Of a DNA stretch of 33,744 bases, positions 1 through 9,630 are shown piece by piece. The stretch's first letter is position 1. Each line of letters opens with the position of its first letter. Source of the DNA: an uncultured virus (IMG/VR IMGVR_UViG_3300025010_002040) (taxonomy: Duplodnaviria; Heunggongvirae; Uroviricota; Caudoviricetes); IMG/VR virus record IMGVR_UViG_3300025010_002040; one strand, 5' to 3'. The notes under the pieces were generated by a model, which had not been told where the DNA came from, ran no database searches, and was given only the letters and a program-made list of their open reading frames with translations. The translations under genes and the position numbers were made by a program.

Positions 1-446
1 GGAACCGTGAGACTTTTGGTTAAGATGCTACCAACCTTTGTGATATTGTCAAACTTAGCATTGCCTAAATCTTTAATCTTTGATTTTGTTTTGTCTAACT
101 CGTTATTAAGTCGTTTTACTTCAGATTCACTATAAGAAACATTGCGTTGAACCTTTCTAAATTCAGCATCTGATGTTGTACCAAGTTTGAGACCTTGTTT
201 TGCCTTTTCTAACGCTTTATTTTGCGTATCTAAGCGTTTTTTAGTCGTTTCAAGCATCTTATTCAATTGGGTTTGCTTCTTACGCCAAAGCTCAACGTTA
301 GAGCTGTCATACTTTAGGTTTGTATTAATGGCACGCAGGTCTTTTTGCTGTTCTTTGAGCTCTTTATTAATCTCTTTTAATTCATTGTCAAGATCCTTGC
401 CATCAAGACTTAACTTAATATTTATGCCTTTAATTGTCTCAGCCAT
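1..446 (-). CDS. Tail tape measure protein, N-terminal part (truncated by window edge; not in ORF track)
   Basis: ATG at 446 after AAGGAGGTGAG RBS; MAETIKGINIKLSLDGKDLDNELKEINKELK... is coiled-coil-like, open to base 1, and downstream of the tail chaperones. Confidence 0.88.
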   Translation of the reverse strand, partial: MAETIKGINIKLSLDGKDLDNELKEINKELKEQQKDLRAINTNLKYDSSNVELWRKKQTQLNKMLETTKKRLDTQNKALEKAKQGLKLGTTSDAEFRKVQRNVSYSESEVKRLNNELDKTKSKIKDLGNAKFDNITKVGSILTKSLTV

Positions 447-471
447 CGTACTCACCTCCTTAACTACAATT

Positions 472-491
472 AAAAAAGGACTTTCGTCCTT
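472..491 (-). terminator. Intrinsic terminator after the 192-aa moron
   Basis: AAGGAC-GAAA-GTCCTT-TTTT on minus strand. Confidence 0.7.
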
Positions 492-514
492 GAATAATTT
501 CTAACTATTAAAAT

Positions 515-1093
515 TTATACCAATTTATGAGCTAAATCTTTTATATCTTTATAGACTAAGAACCTCGAATCTGTTGAAACTAAATCGAATTCATCATCTG
601 TGAATATGTCCTCTTGAACTAAAAAATTAATTTTTTTATATGAGATGTCAGCTGTCACTTTTTCAATCATGTCTTTTGTAAAAGTTTCTAACTCAATTGC
701 TTTTGCACCTTCATGCATTGAAGTCATCCAAATGTTTGATTTCTCGTCATACCAAATCTCGTCATAATAAAACCAAATATAAATGTTCTCATCATCTGAA
801 ATAAACTGATCCTTGCTAAAATCTATCTTTTCATGTTTAGATATGGAAAATAAATAATTATAGAGCTCGTACGATTCGCTTCGTGTAATTGCAAAATTGT
901 ATTTTCTCTTTAGATTTTGATAGTAAGGGGATCTTTTGTACTTTATCATTTCAAACGGAGAAGGAACAATAATGACAATGAAAAAGATTACTAAAGCCAT
1001 TATTGATACAACTAGTAAAATTGGAGATGAGATAGTCAACACTAATATGAATAATATTTTCTTGTACCAGACAAGTTCTTTAAAATAGTTCAC
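515..1093 (-). CDS. Moron: membrane-anchored hypothetical protein
   Basis: GTG start with GAGGGG RBS; long hydrophobic N-terminal segment then an acidic soluble domain; own promoter and terminator. Confidence 0.8.
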   Translation of the reverse strand: MNYFKELVWYKKILFILVLTISSPILLVVSIMALVIFFIVIIVPSPFEMIKYKRSPYYQNLKRKYNFAITRSESYELYNYLFSISKHEKIDFSKDQFISDDENIYIWFYYDEIWYDEKSNIWMTSMHEGAKAIELETFTKDMIEKVTADISYKKINFLVQEDIFTDDEFDLVSTDSRFLVYKDIKDLAHKLV

Positions 1094-1126
1094 GGCTTCG
1101 TTCCCCTCGAAATCAATTATAAATAA

Positions 1127-1135
1127 ATTATACCA
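1127..1135 (-). promoter_or_regulatory. Extended -10 promoter (TGGTATAAT) of the 192-aa moron
   Basis: TGnTATAAT with TTTACT 17 nt upstream of the -10 hexamer. Confidence 0.65.
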
Positions 1136-1145
1136 AATTATCTAT

Positions 1146-1343
1146 TTATAGTAAAAACAAATCTATGTCTCTTTGAGTTGCTCTTTTCATTTGTGGTTCA
1201 TTGGATAGTGTTTTGACCTCGAGCTCAATCAGCATTGCATATACATCAATATCGAAGTACTCTGTATCCTTTATTGAGATGCCAAGATGAGCAAGGTTAT
1301 AAATGATATTGGCGGTTGTGTTTTGCTCATCTTGTATATCTAC
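1146..1343 (-). CDS. C-terminal extension of tail assembly chaperone (gpGT-like) reached by -1 frameshift
   Basis: Slippery C CCA AAG at 1349-1343 directly before TAG; the -1 frame is open for 65 codons, VDIQDEQ...KRATQRDIDLFLL*. Confidence 0.85.
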   Translation of the reverse strand, partial: VDIQDEQNTTANIIYNLAHLGISIKDTEYFDIDVYAMLIELEVKTLSNEPQMKRATQRDIDLFLL

Positions 1344-1675
1344 TTTGGGTCCTGTGTACCTTCATTACCACCTAACATTAGGGTAATTGTATTTGAAATG
1401 TTCTCAAGTTCCTTTACATCAGATAATACGCTAAAATCCAAGTCCATCAAGAACTCATCATAGCTCTTTTTTGTATATGGTTTGTGCAGAATGTAGATAA
1501 TTCTAAAAAGAATATCGATGACCAATGCTGCATCCGTTTCATCTTTATTCAAGTTTTCAAGCTTCTTAATGTCACTGAATAACTCAGTTCCAAATACGTT
1601 ACGATACGAAATAATAGTAAAAAGTGAAGACCTTAGTTTAAGATCCTCACCTCTTAGATTAATTGTTTTTTCCAT
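1340..1675 (-). CDS. Tail assembly chaperone (gpG-like)
   Basis: Lies between major tail and TMP; likely start MEKTINL at 1675 with GGTG RBS; ends in the slippery site. Confidence 0.82.
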   Translation of the reverse strand: MEKTINLRGEDLKLRSSLFTIISYRNVFGTELFSDIKKLENLNKDETDAALVIDILFRIIYILHKPYTKKSYDEFLMDLDFSVLSDVKELENISNTITLMLGGNEGTQDPK

Positions 1676-1676
1676 A

Positions 1677-2246
1677 CTATACACCTATGACAGGTAATGT
1701 CGGAACTTGTGCAAAGAACTGTTGATAATTTGTGTCACCAAATTTTGCTATCGTTCTAATCACAGATACATTGCCAACCTCAATTGGTCTAGCTGTAATT
1801 GTAATACTAACCGCATTCGGTTCGATTGATTCTGCTTTTGTTTTAGTCGCATCACTAACTGGACTTGCAGTACACAAGAAATACCAAATACGTCTTGATT
1901 TCACATCACCTTGAATCTCATATCCAAGTGCGAATGTTTTAGTTCTATGATTAACAATCTCTACAAGGTTGCCATTAGAATCTCTTGCAAATCCTAATAT
2001 ATCCACTTTGAAATCATCGTCAAGTTCGGTTAACTTTAAGGTGATATTTGATCCACTACTTGATGCTAGGGTTGCGACAATTTTATCATCAGCATAAACA
2101 TCTGTTTTACCTGCAATGACTTCTGCACTAAGTTCTTGAGCTCCGTGTAGTTTCTTAGGTGTACCAAAATCCCATGTATCATCTTCGGTTGGTGTTGCAA
2201 TTGCATAATGGACGTTCTTAAGTCCAAATGTTACTTTATTGCTCAT
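1677..2246 (-). CDS. Major tail protein (phi13 family-like)
   Basis: MSNKVTFGLKNVHYA, YADD and FALGYE motifs. Confidence 0.9.
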   Translation of the reverse strand: MSNKVTFGLKNVHYAIATPTEDDTWDFGTPKKLHGAQELSAEVIAGKTDVYADDKIVATLASSSGSNITLKLTELDDDFKVDILGFARDSNGNLVEIVNHRTKTFALGYEIQGDVKSRRIWYFLCTASPVSDATKTKAESIEPNAVSITITARPIEVGNVSVIRTIAKFGDTNYQQFFAQVPTLPVIGV

Positions 2247-2589
2247 TTTTATATTCCTCCATCTTTATTTCATAAATTCGATAAATGCCTGTATCGATGA
2301 GTGAATATTCGCTAATCATTCTAAAATCAATACCAGCATTTTGTAATACTTCTTCTAAACTAGATTCAATTGTTGTATCTTTTGTTTTGGTAACAAGTGT
2401 GATTTGAATCGTAACTTGCTTGATTAAATAAGAATCATCTGCATAGACCTTTGGATTTTTATTTAATTCCTGGTAGACAATAAAAGGCGGTTCAGCGTTT
2501 TCAGTTACATAAAGAGCATAATGAACATTACCAGGTAGTACGTCATTAAGGAGTCCATAAACGTATGTTAATCTTTCTTTAGTTCCCAC
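2236..2589 (-). CDS. Tail terminator / tail completion protein
   Basis: GTG at 2589 after AGGAGG; PPFIVY and YADD motifs; gene position. Confidence 0.75.
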   Translation of the reverse strand: MGTKERLTYVYGLLNDVLPGNVHYALYVTENAEPPFIVYQELNKNPKVYADDSYLIKQVTIQITLVTKTKDTTIESSLEEVLQNAGIDFRMISEYSLIDTGIYRIYEIKMEEYKNEQ

Positions 2590-2956
2590 GTATAATCCTC
2601 CTAATATCATCCAGCATTTTGGGTGTAAAGTAGTCAAATGCAGGTCTCATGAAAGGTCTTGCAGCGACATACTTTCCACTCTTATGTTGAAAACCAAATT
2701 CAATCAAATGAACCAATCTACCCTTTTCTTTTGCATGGATAACAATGGTTTTAGTGTGACCTTCACCAATGTCAGTCTTTATAAACTCATCTGCCATCGC
2801 ACCTTTTCTACCGCTTCTAGGTGTATTAGAAATAACATACTCTAATATCAAAGCTGCCGTTTCATCAAGTTTTAGCTCAAGTTCCTTTTTAACTGACTCT
2901 GCATATTCTGATATTTCATGATTAATTTCATCAACAAAATCATTCAATGTAGCCAT
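2579..2956 (-). CDS. HK97 gp10-family neck protein
   Basis: HLIEFG...ARPFMRPAF signature; start MATL after AAGGTGAG. Confidence 0.88.
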   Translation of the reverse strand: MATLNDFVDEINHEISEYAESVKKELELKLDETAALILEYVISNTPRSGRKGAMADEFIKTDIGEGHTKTIVIHAKEKGRLVHLIEFGFQHKSGKYVAARPFMRPAFDYFTPKMLDDIRRIIRGN

Positions 2957-3278
2957 GAATATCACTCACCTTCATTTTTATTTCCATCAAGTAAAGTTCT
3001 AAAAACTGTCCTTGTAAATATGTTCGTTCAATTTGATAAATCAAGTCATCGATGATTGCGTACTTGCTTCCGTCATACAAGAAGCTTTGAACCTTAAGTG
3101 CCATGTCTACTTTATATTCGTTCTTTTTACTTTCATAATATTCTTTAGACGTTACTGACTTTGAAATGCCAATGACTTCTTTTTTAGAAATGAAACCATA
3201 ACCTTGATTGCCGATCTCATCTTTAACTAATGTGATCTTTAATAAAGTCAGTCGAATATTAGGACTACTCGGAAACAT
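2940..3278 (-). CDS. Head-tail adaptor / head closure protein
   Basis: DEIGNQ, SVTSKEYY and YQIERTY motifs; gene position. Confidence 0.8.
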   Translation of the reverse strand: MFPSSPNIRLTLLKITLVKDEIGNQGYGFISKKEVIGISKSVTSKEYYESKKNEYKVDMALKVQSFLYDGSKYAIIDDLIYQIERTYLQGQFLELYLMEIKMKVSDIHGYIE

Positions 3279-3555
3279 GATAATCACCACTTGATAATGC
3301 TAATTGATTCAAGAGCATATCAAAACTCTTTGGTAAATCTTTAACAGAACCATCTACTTTAAATCCAAAGAAGGTCTTGCAGTAAATAACCACTAGCGAA
3401 TGAGCTAACGGATGGTTCTCTACAACTGTTGGTGTAATCCCTGTCGATACGAGTAAGTTTTTACATGCACTGATGTGATTATTTAATTCATCATCAGCAT
3501 ATGTTTCACTGATTGGAATCAATAGTGATTTTTTTACTGTTTCAAGTAGTCCCAT
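3265..3555 (-). CDS. Head-tail connector (gp6-like)
   Basis: LLETVKKSL...DDEL...IYCK..FG pattern, directly after the capsid gene. Confidence 0.82.
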   Translation of the reverse strand: MGLLETVKKSLLIPISETYADDELNNHISACKNLLVSTGITPTVVENHPLAHSLVVIYCKTFFGFKVDGSVKDLPKSFDMLLNQLALSSGDYHVSE

Positions 3556-3580
3556 ATTCTAACCTCTATTCTAGTCTTGC

Positions 3581-4708
3581 TTAGGCTTTCTTTTTAACTC
3601 TTAAGAAGCCTTTATATCCTACAACGTTACCGCCTGTAAATACGGACGCCTTGTAGCAAATGATGCCATCTTTAAACTTGTAATCATTAGACTTGCTAAT
3701 CTCAACAGGTGAGAAAACAGGCACTTCATAATTGAGTAAGGATCCATATGCAAGACCATATTCTCCAGCTGCAGTGTTTGTATCTGATATAGCCTTACAA
3801 TGAGAATTAATGATGTATGGAATACCATCAATCGTGTTGTTGATGTAGTCAATCGTGTGGACTTTTCTACCTTCTGCAGTACGTAAGCCAGCAAATGCTC
3901 TTAAATCATTCTTGTTAAGGATTAAGTATGCTCCACCTTCGACTTCTTCATCACCACCATAAGCAAAGATGATATCATCTAATGTTGAGTCAGTAATCGA
4001 TGTGATTTCTAAATCAGCAGTATCCGATAAAGCGATTGCCTTATCACTAAAGATTCCTGTGAATGTATTGGATGTACCTGGACCTCTTAGGATTTGTTCA
4101 CTAATCTTCTTTTTGAGTGATAGATTAATGTTCTTTAAGACTTCAGCTTGATATGGTAAGTTAGGTAGTTTTTCTAACTCTTCAGTGATTTCTGTATAAG
4201 CAGTAACTTTCACCTTAGTGATTGTTAAATAACCATACTCTGGTTCTGTTTCTGAATAAGGCTCACCCTCTCCAGTTAAACCAGCAATACCGCTACCTTT
4301 AACAAAAGATTTCTTATAGGTTTCCCCACCATTTAAGTTCACAACTTTTACCTTATCCACTAATGCAGATACTTGTGCAAATGGATGCGGTGCGATGCCA
4401 TCGGCAACGTGTTCAGGTAATAGAATCTCTTCACTTGAAACTTGAATGACTCTACTTTCTCTTAAATTTTTACCACGTGTTTCTAATTGATCTTTGTCCA
4501 CATGATTAGATCTTTCAATAACAACAGGGTTGATTTTCGTTTTATTTTGAATAGCGAGCTTTCTTTCGATTGTATCTTTCTCTTTATTCAATTCATCAAC
4601 TTCAGCTTCTAATTGTTCTAACACTTCAAGTGTTACTTCCGCACCAATCAAACCTTTGATTTCAGTGATGCGTGCTTTAATTTCATTACTTCTTTTTTCT
4701 AAATTCAT
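3581..4708 (-). CDS. Major capsid protein, HK97 fold with N-terminal scaffold (delta) domain
   Basis: Coiled-coil N-terminus; ITEEL, ILRGPG and IDGIPY motifs; follows the protease. Confidence 0.92.
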   Translation of the reverse strand: MNLEKRSNEIKARITEIKGLIGAEVTLEVLEQLEAEVDELNKEKDTIERKLAIQNKTKINPVVIERSNHVDKDQLETRGKNLRESRVIQVSSEEILLPEHVADGIAPHPFAQVSALVDKVKVVNLNGGETYKKSFVKGSGIAGLTGEGEPYSETEPEYGYLTITKVKVTAYTEITEELEKLPNLPYQAEVLKNINLSLKKKISEQILRGPGTSNTFTGIFSDKAIALSDTADLEITSITDSTLDDIIFAYGGDEEVEGGAYLILNKNDLRAFAGLRTAEGRKVHTIDYINNTIDGIPYIINSHCKAISDTNTAAGEYGLAYGSLLNYEVPVFSPVEISKSNDYKFKDGIICYKASVFTGGNVVGYKGFLRVKKKA

Positions 4709-4712
4709 CTTC

Positions 4713-5309
4713 TTATTCTCCTATTTTTATTTTCAAATTTAGTTTTTTTCTTATAAGTTCAGCCTTCATATTTTTCTCTGCTAAATCCATAGTCTTTAGT
4801 TCTAAGTCCATAGCCTCTAAAGAACGAGCATAAATCGAAGTCTTATCATAAGCGGGTGTGTCAACGATTGAAACATCATATAAACGTTCAATCTTTCTGA
4901 TAGTTCTTTTTGGAATATCACCATCACGATTCCATTCCTGCTCACTTACAACAAATGCAAAGCTCATCTTATCCAACAAGCCTGATTTGACCATCTTAAA
5001 GATATCTTGATTGCTTTGTGTATCTAGTAACTCAGCTCTAACCTTTAATCCGACATCATCACTTGTTAGAGTAAGTGAGCCGTTTTTAGTTCGAGCAATG
5101 ATTAAAAATGAGTCCATGTGGTTATACTTCATTGGTACATCTTTGATTGCTGCATCCGTGATTGCACTTCTACTAATACTTTCGATAAACCCATAGGATT
5201 CATCACCTATTAAAGTGGGTTCATCATAAACGATCGCATAACCTTCTAAGACCATCTTGTCATCGGTTTCTTCTAGCCTAACTTCTGCTATTCTGGTTTC
5301 TTTCTTCAT
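4713..5309 (-). CDS. HK97-family prohead protease
   Basis: LEGYAIVYD, YNH, MSFAF and LYDVSIVDTPAY motifs. Confidence 0.95.
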   Translation of the reverse strand: MKKETRIAEVRLEETDDKMVLEGYAIVYDEPTLIGDESYGFIESISRSAITDAAIKDVPMKYNHMDSFLIIARTKNGSLTLTSDDVGLKVRAELLDTQSNQDIFKMVKSGLLDKMSFAFVVSEQEWNRDGDIPKRTIRKIERLYDVSIVDTPAYDKTSIYARSLEAMDLELKTMDLAEKNMKAELIRKKLNLKIKIGE

Positions 5310-5500
5310 CGTTTCTCAACCTCCTTAGGTTTTGTTGCTTGCTTTTCATACACGTATTCAAGCTCATTGTCCTTGTATGAAAACTCATTAATTTTGTGTG
5401 TCTTACAAAAGGTTTCGATTGTATTAATTTTTTCTTTTTGTTCTTCTAAAACAGTATTTAATACATCTTTTGAAACCTTACCATTAATTGTTACTTTCAT
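5306..5500 (-). CDS. Small hypothetical protein (64 aa)
   Basis: Overlaps the portal stop and protease start, suggesting translational coupling; has an RBS. Confidence 0.65.
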   Translation of the reverse strand: MKVTINGKVSKDVLNTVLEEQKEKINTIETFCKTHKINEFSYKDNELEYVYEKQATKPKEVEKR

Positions 5501-6698
5501 TTAAATCATCCTTCCCTACTTGATATTCGTTTGCTTTTGTAGCATCGACGTAATTGAGTGATTGTAATCTTCTATCACCGTTTTCAACAGGTTCAAGTCC
5601 TAACAACCCTCTTGATTCATTCAGTGACATAATGCCTAACCCCATGAGTTTTTCAATAGCTGTAACCTTTGTGTTCCAGGATGCGTATTGAAGTCTTTCA
5701 CTGTAAAAGATAATCTCTTCACCACGCATGATTTCATTTTGAGTAAGCAAGCCTAAAGAAAAAGCCTCAGACATTTGAATGGCTAAAGGCTCGATGGTTT
5801 GTTCATAAAATGAGTTGAACTCATCTTCTGTATATTTGGAATGAAAGATTGGAACTGATACACCAAAGTAATCTAGGATTTTTGATTGTAAAAACTCTAA
5901 GGTGTCCTTATCTATTAGTTTTGGGTCTGTTGTTAAAGGAACATAATCACCTTTTAAATCCACAGGAATAATTGAACTGCCCTTATTTCTAATGGACTCT
6001 TTGAGTATCTCGTTAAATGAATCCAGTTGTTTCTTTTTATCTGTCTCACTTAGCATGGCACTCATTTTAAGAAGTCCCTTAATTTGCATGGAACTTTTAA
6101 GAGCATTATCAATGCCTTGAAGTACATTCTCATTGATTTGTATAGTCTTTAAGAGTGCTTCTTGGTCACCTTTTGAACTTGATCCTCCAAAGATCTGATT
6201 CGTATGGTAAAACCTTTTAATATGAATAATGTTCTCATATGGAATCGTGAAGGAATCCGTACTGTCAAAGCTAAACTTTAAATAGTAACTACCACCTGAA
6301 TCTATGATTGGCTCAACGATGGACGGTTTAAGTGGATAAAGAGCTTTGATTTCACCGGTTGAACCATCAAACATAGGATAGATAAATGCATTGTCGTTCA
6401 TCAACAACGTCGTAATCACCATATAGATAAATTGATAAGGGGTCATGACCTCATTCGGTTGATGCTTTAAAATAAAAGACAGTTTGCCAGATTTCTCTGT
6501 AACTGTCTTATCATTCGCTTTCTTTATATATCTTGGTTTTAGTTTTGCACACTGACTTGCTATCCTATCAATCGCAATCTTTACGACATCTGATTTTGAG
6601 ATGTTATTTCCAAAGCTTGTAAGTGGTAGATTTATTTCATTTACAAATTTAAAGGTCTCAACTGAGCCCTGTTTTTTCTTTCGTTTGAATATGGCCAT
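5484..6698 (-). CDS. Portal protein (HK97 family)
   Basis: PNEVMT, IIHIK, FGVS, TIEP and NESRGLLGLEPVENGD motifs; GGAGG RBS. Confidence 0.95.
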   Translation of the reverse strand: MAIFKRKKKQGSVETFKFVNEINLPLTSFGNNISKSDVVKIAIDRIASQCAKLKPRYIKKANDKTVTEKSGKLSFILKHQPNEVMTPYQFIYMVITTLLMNDNAFIYPMFDGSTGEIKALYPLKPSIVEPIIDSGGSYYLKFSFDSTDSFTIPYENIIHIKRFYHTNQIFGGSSSKGDQEALLKTIQINENVLQGIDNALKSSMQIKGLLKMSAMLSETDKKKQLDSFNEILKESIRNKGSSIIPVDLKGDYVPLTTDPKLIDKDTLEFLQSKILDYFGVSVPIFHSKYTEDEFNSFYEQTIEPLAIQMSEAFSLGLLTQNEIMRGEEIIFYSERLQYASWNTKVTAIEKLMGLGIMSLNESRGLLGLEPVENGDRRLQSLNYVDATKANEYQVGKDDLNESNN

Positions 6699-6715
6699 AT
6701 AGACCTCCTTAAAAA

Positions 6716-7582
6716 CTATTCAAAATGCTTACACATTCGTTTTTTAATAACTTCTACTTGATCCTTAGGTCCTTCACTTTTATATGTGAATAACCTTTGA
6801 TTATCAAGCTTTCTCCATTTAAGTTCATTTTTGGTTGTTGTATCATCTAGGCTTTTATAAATGTGGGCTTTAAACTGAGTTCCATTTACTTCAAGCATTT
6901 TACAAACATACATATAGCCAAATGCTAATCTATCACTAGCTGCTTGTTCGTTAAGCAATATATTGAGTCGTTTATTATTGATAACCGATGGATATATGAC
7001 ACTTCTAAAATTCATCTTATTAAAAAGATGATCGACAATAGCATTAGATATATAGTATCTATTTTTATTCCATTTTGTAATTTCTCTGGTGAACTCAGTA
7101 TATAAGAAATTCGATGAGATCCCCTGTGCAATTCTCATAATAGGATCTTCTTTTTTATCGTTTTTAGTAATTCCTATTACACATGTTCTCTCTTTTGAGT
7201 GAGAGCCACCATTTTCTAGCAATTCAAAACATCCAAGCAAGAAATAATCATTCTCTTTTATTCCTGTCTCATTTATAGCTGTTACAGGATCCAATGCCGC
7301 ATAAAGCACTGGCTTTCTTTTCATATTTCCCCTTCCCATTTCAGTTAACTCAGCTGGTGGCATAAAAATATCCTGAGCTGATAAATTATCGAAATTAATT
7401 AAAGCATTAAGTTTTCTTGCCCTAAAAAGAAACAATCTATCAATTTCGACATAAGAAATTATAGTAGGTGTAATTATCTCGCTAACCGTTTGTTTTATAT
7501 CTTCATAATTGTCATCTATACTTTCTTTACTTAAAAACTTAGAAATCATCTTGACTTTGCTCTCAATATCGTTAATATCCAT
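6716..7582 (-). CDS. Moron: RES-domain protein
   Basis: LFRAR...PP...GRGN...VLYAA...AINE...YYIS...IYPSV...NILL pattern matches the RES (Arg-Glu-Ser) domain; likely ATG at 7582 after GGGTGA. Confidence 0.75.
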   Translation of the reverse strand: MDINDIESKVKMISKFLSKESIDDNYEDIKQTVSEIITPTIISYVEIDRLFLFRARKLNALINFDNLSAQDIFMPPAELTEMGRGNMKRKPVLYAALDPVTAINETGIKENDYFLLGCFELLENGGSHSKERTCVIGITKNDKKEDPIMRIAQGISSNFLYTEFTREITKWNKNRYYISNAIVDHLFNKMNFRSVIYPSVINNKRLNILLNEQAASDRLAFGYMYVCKMLEVNGTQFKAHIYKSLDDTTTKNELKWRKLDNQRLFTYKSEGPKDQVEVIKKRMCKHFE

Positions 7583-7600
7583 TTGAATCACCCACATAAA

Positions 7601-9238
7601 TTATAACATATTCTCATATTCAATCTTGTATCTATTAAGAACCGAATATGCAATGATAAGTGCTACAGCTCCATCAATTCTTTTATATTTACTACCAAGT
7701 TTTGATGGTTGAATGTTTCCATTAATATCTATCTTAGCTTGGGTATTCGATAAATTCCATTTCATTATTGGATTATTGTTGTATATCACATTACCGTTTT
7801 TTAGATCTGCTTCTAATTGTTTCATCGGTTCTGATAAGGAATATATCCCTTGTCTGACCTTTTCCATTTCAAAACCTAAATCTTCCATTTCTTTAGTCCA
7901 GTACTGACTATTCCAGGGATCATACCCAACCCATAAAGGTCTAATCTCATATGTTCTAATCATCATTAAAAACCACTGTGTAACTAGTGTGAAGTCATTT
8001 TGATTACCTTCAGTTACTGTAATCAATCCCCTTTGAACCCAAATATCATATGGTACGTTATCCTCTTCTTTTCTGCGCTTAATAACTTCACTCGGCATAA
8101 AGAATTGTGGAATAACATACTTCTTACCATCTTTTATCAATAATAATAGAGCAACTGTAAGGTCAGTTGTCGATGATAAGTCAACACCTCCAATGGCGTA
8201 ACTGTTTCTTAGCTCATTGATATCATAGGTTGCTTCATTATTTAGATCATTATATGTTAACCATGATCCTTGTTCTAATTGTTTTACGTTGAAATCTTTA
8301 CAAAGCATCGTAACTCGTGTAGCTAGGTCGTGTCTGGATTTATTCATTAAATCCTCAAGGTAGGAGTAAGTCTTTACAGTGCCTAAGCTTGGGTTACTTT
8401 TTTGCCATGTATTCTTATCTTCATAGATTTCATTAATTGAGTCTTGAGTATATAACCAAGGAAGTACTCGTTCATCGTCAATCTCCCCTTTGATCATCTT
8501 TCTAACATAATCAAGTTTACTATCTAAGAATCCACCTACTGTATTACCTTCTGTTGTAATAATAAAAATTAGTGGTTCTTCTTTGGTTGATTGACTTTGT
8601 TTTATGGCATCATAGACTTTTGAATCAGTCATTTCATGAACTTCATCAATACAACCAACCTCAATATTGTAGCCATCCTTATTTCTTGATTGAGCAGATA
8701 GTTTCTTTATTTTGTTTTTGGTTTTTGGCGAGTATATGTGGAAGATATTTTTTTTACTTCTTTTTTCATTGGATAGAGCTTTTGAGCCTTCTCGCATATT
8801 ATTGATTTCATCAAATAAGATGTTAGCTTGTTCTGAGGTATTAGATGCACATACAATATCGACACCACCTTTTGATAGAAAGAATTCTGCCAGATCTATG
8901 CCTGCAATAAATGTTGTCTTACCATTCTTTCTAGCTATGAGTAGTATTACTTCATTGAATCTTCTTAGATTTGTTTCCGCCATCTTAAATCCATAGGCTG
9001 CTTGAAGGATTGCTTTCTCCCATAGTTCTAAAATAAATGGTTCACCATTAAATGGACTCTTGGTATGTTTACAAAAAGTTTCAATAAACTCGATTCGAAT
9101 ATTCCCAGGACGTTCATCAAAAATGTATCTTGGGTTATCAATATCTTTAATGAGTGATTCTAAGACTGTCAATAGTTCTTTTCCAACTATGATATTTCCC
9201 TTTTGAATCTCATCATAATATTTAATTAAATAATTCAT
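7601..9238 (-). CDS. terL: Terminase large subunit
   Basis: Walker A ARKNGKT, Walker B CIDEVH, nuclease motifs GVDLS and RIDGAVA. Confidence 0.97.
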   Translation of the reverse strand: MNYLIKYYDEIQKGNIIVGKELLTVLESLIKDIDNPRYIFDERPGNIRIEFIETFCKHTKSPFNGEPFILELWEKAILQAAYGFKMAETNLRRFNEVILLIARKNGKTTFIAGIDLAEFFLSKGGVDIVCASNTSEQANILFDEINNMREGSKALSNEKRSKKNIFHIYSPKTKNKIKKLSAQSRNKDGYNIEVGCIDEVHEMTDSKVYDAIKQSQSTKEEPLIFIITTEGNTVGGFLDSKLDYVRKMIKGEIDDERVLPWLYTQDSINEIYEDKNTWQKSNPSLGTVKTYSYLEDLMNKSRHDLATRVTMLCKDFNVKQLEQGSWLTYNDLNNEATYDINELRNSYAIGGVDLSSTTDLTVALLLLIKDGKKYVIPQFFMPSEVIKRRKEEDNVPYDIWVQRGLITVTEGNQNDFTLVTQWFLMMIRTYEIRPLWVGYDPWNSQYWTKEMEDLGFEMEKVRQGIYSLSEPMKQLEADLKNGNVIYNNNPIMKWNLSNTQAKIDINGNIQPSKLGSKYKRIDGAVALIIAYSVLNRYKIEYENML

Positions 9239-9582
9239 TATGACATTCTACCAATGAACTTGTCAAAATCATCATCTTCTTCAATAATGTTTTTACCCAT
9301 TATTGAATTAAGTGTTTTGATGACTGTTCCATATGAATTCACTAGTTTTGTATAATACTTCGCTGCTTCAGTTTGTCTTTGAGCACCTTTATTTGATATC
9401 TGAATAGCTCCATGTTTTCTTATTTGGTCCTGAAGGATTCCAAGTTCAATCTTCATAAATGCTGCTTGTTCAATAAGATTGTCAACCAGTTTTGTTTTTG
9501 TTTCATCAACCGATGAAAAAAGCGACCGAAGTCGCTCATATTCAACTTTCACTTTATTCATATAGCTCATTACCTCGCTCAT
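9238..9582 (-). CDS. terS: Terminase small subunit (P27-like); true start may be 9561
   Basis: Abuts terL; EYERL..LF, LIEQAAF and DDFDKF pattern. Confidence 0.8.
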   Translation of the reverse strand: MSEVMSYMNKVKVEYERLRSLFSSVDETKTKLVDNLIEQAAFMKIELGILQDQIRKHGAIQISNKGAQRQTEAAKYYTKLVNSYGTVIKTLNSIMGKNIIEEDDDFDKFIGRMS

Positions 9583-9597
9583 TCAGTATAGTGATAT

Positions 9598-9626
9598 TTG
9601 ATTTTGTGTAGTATTTTTAGTATAAT
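9598..9626 (+). promoter_or_regulatory. sigma70/sigmaA promoter, antisense to the late operon
   Basis: TTGATT-17 nt-TATAAT. Confidence 0.8.
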
Positions 9627-9630
9627 ATAG

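Noticed and set aside
187..504. Plus-strand 105-aa ORF and other short ORFs lying antisense or out of frame within real genes (e.g. 1732, 3619, 3969, 5011, 7713, 8572, 8712, 12939, 13906, 16045, 24136, 26057, 28963, 30783, 33109)
   Set aside because: Shadow frames of well-supported genes, with no RBS or recognisable motifs.
3581..3600. Possible -1 frameshift at the capsid 3' end (T AAA AAG)
   Set aside because: Not a full slippery heptamer, and the -1 frame closes after about 18 codons with no Ig-like extension.
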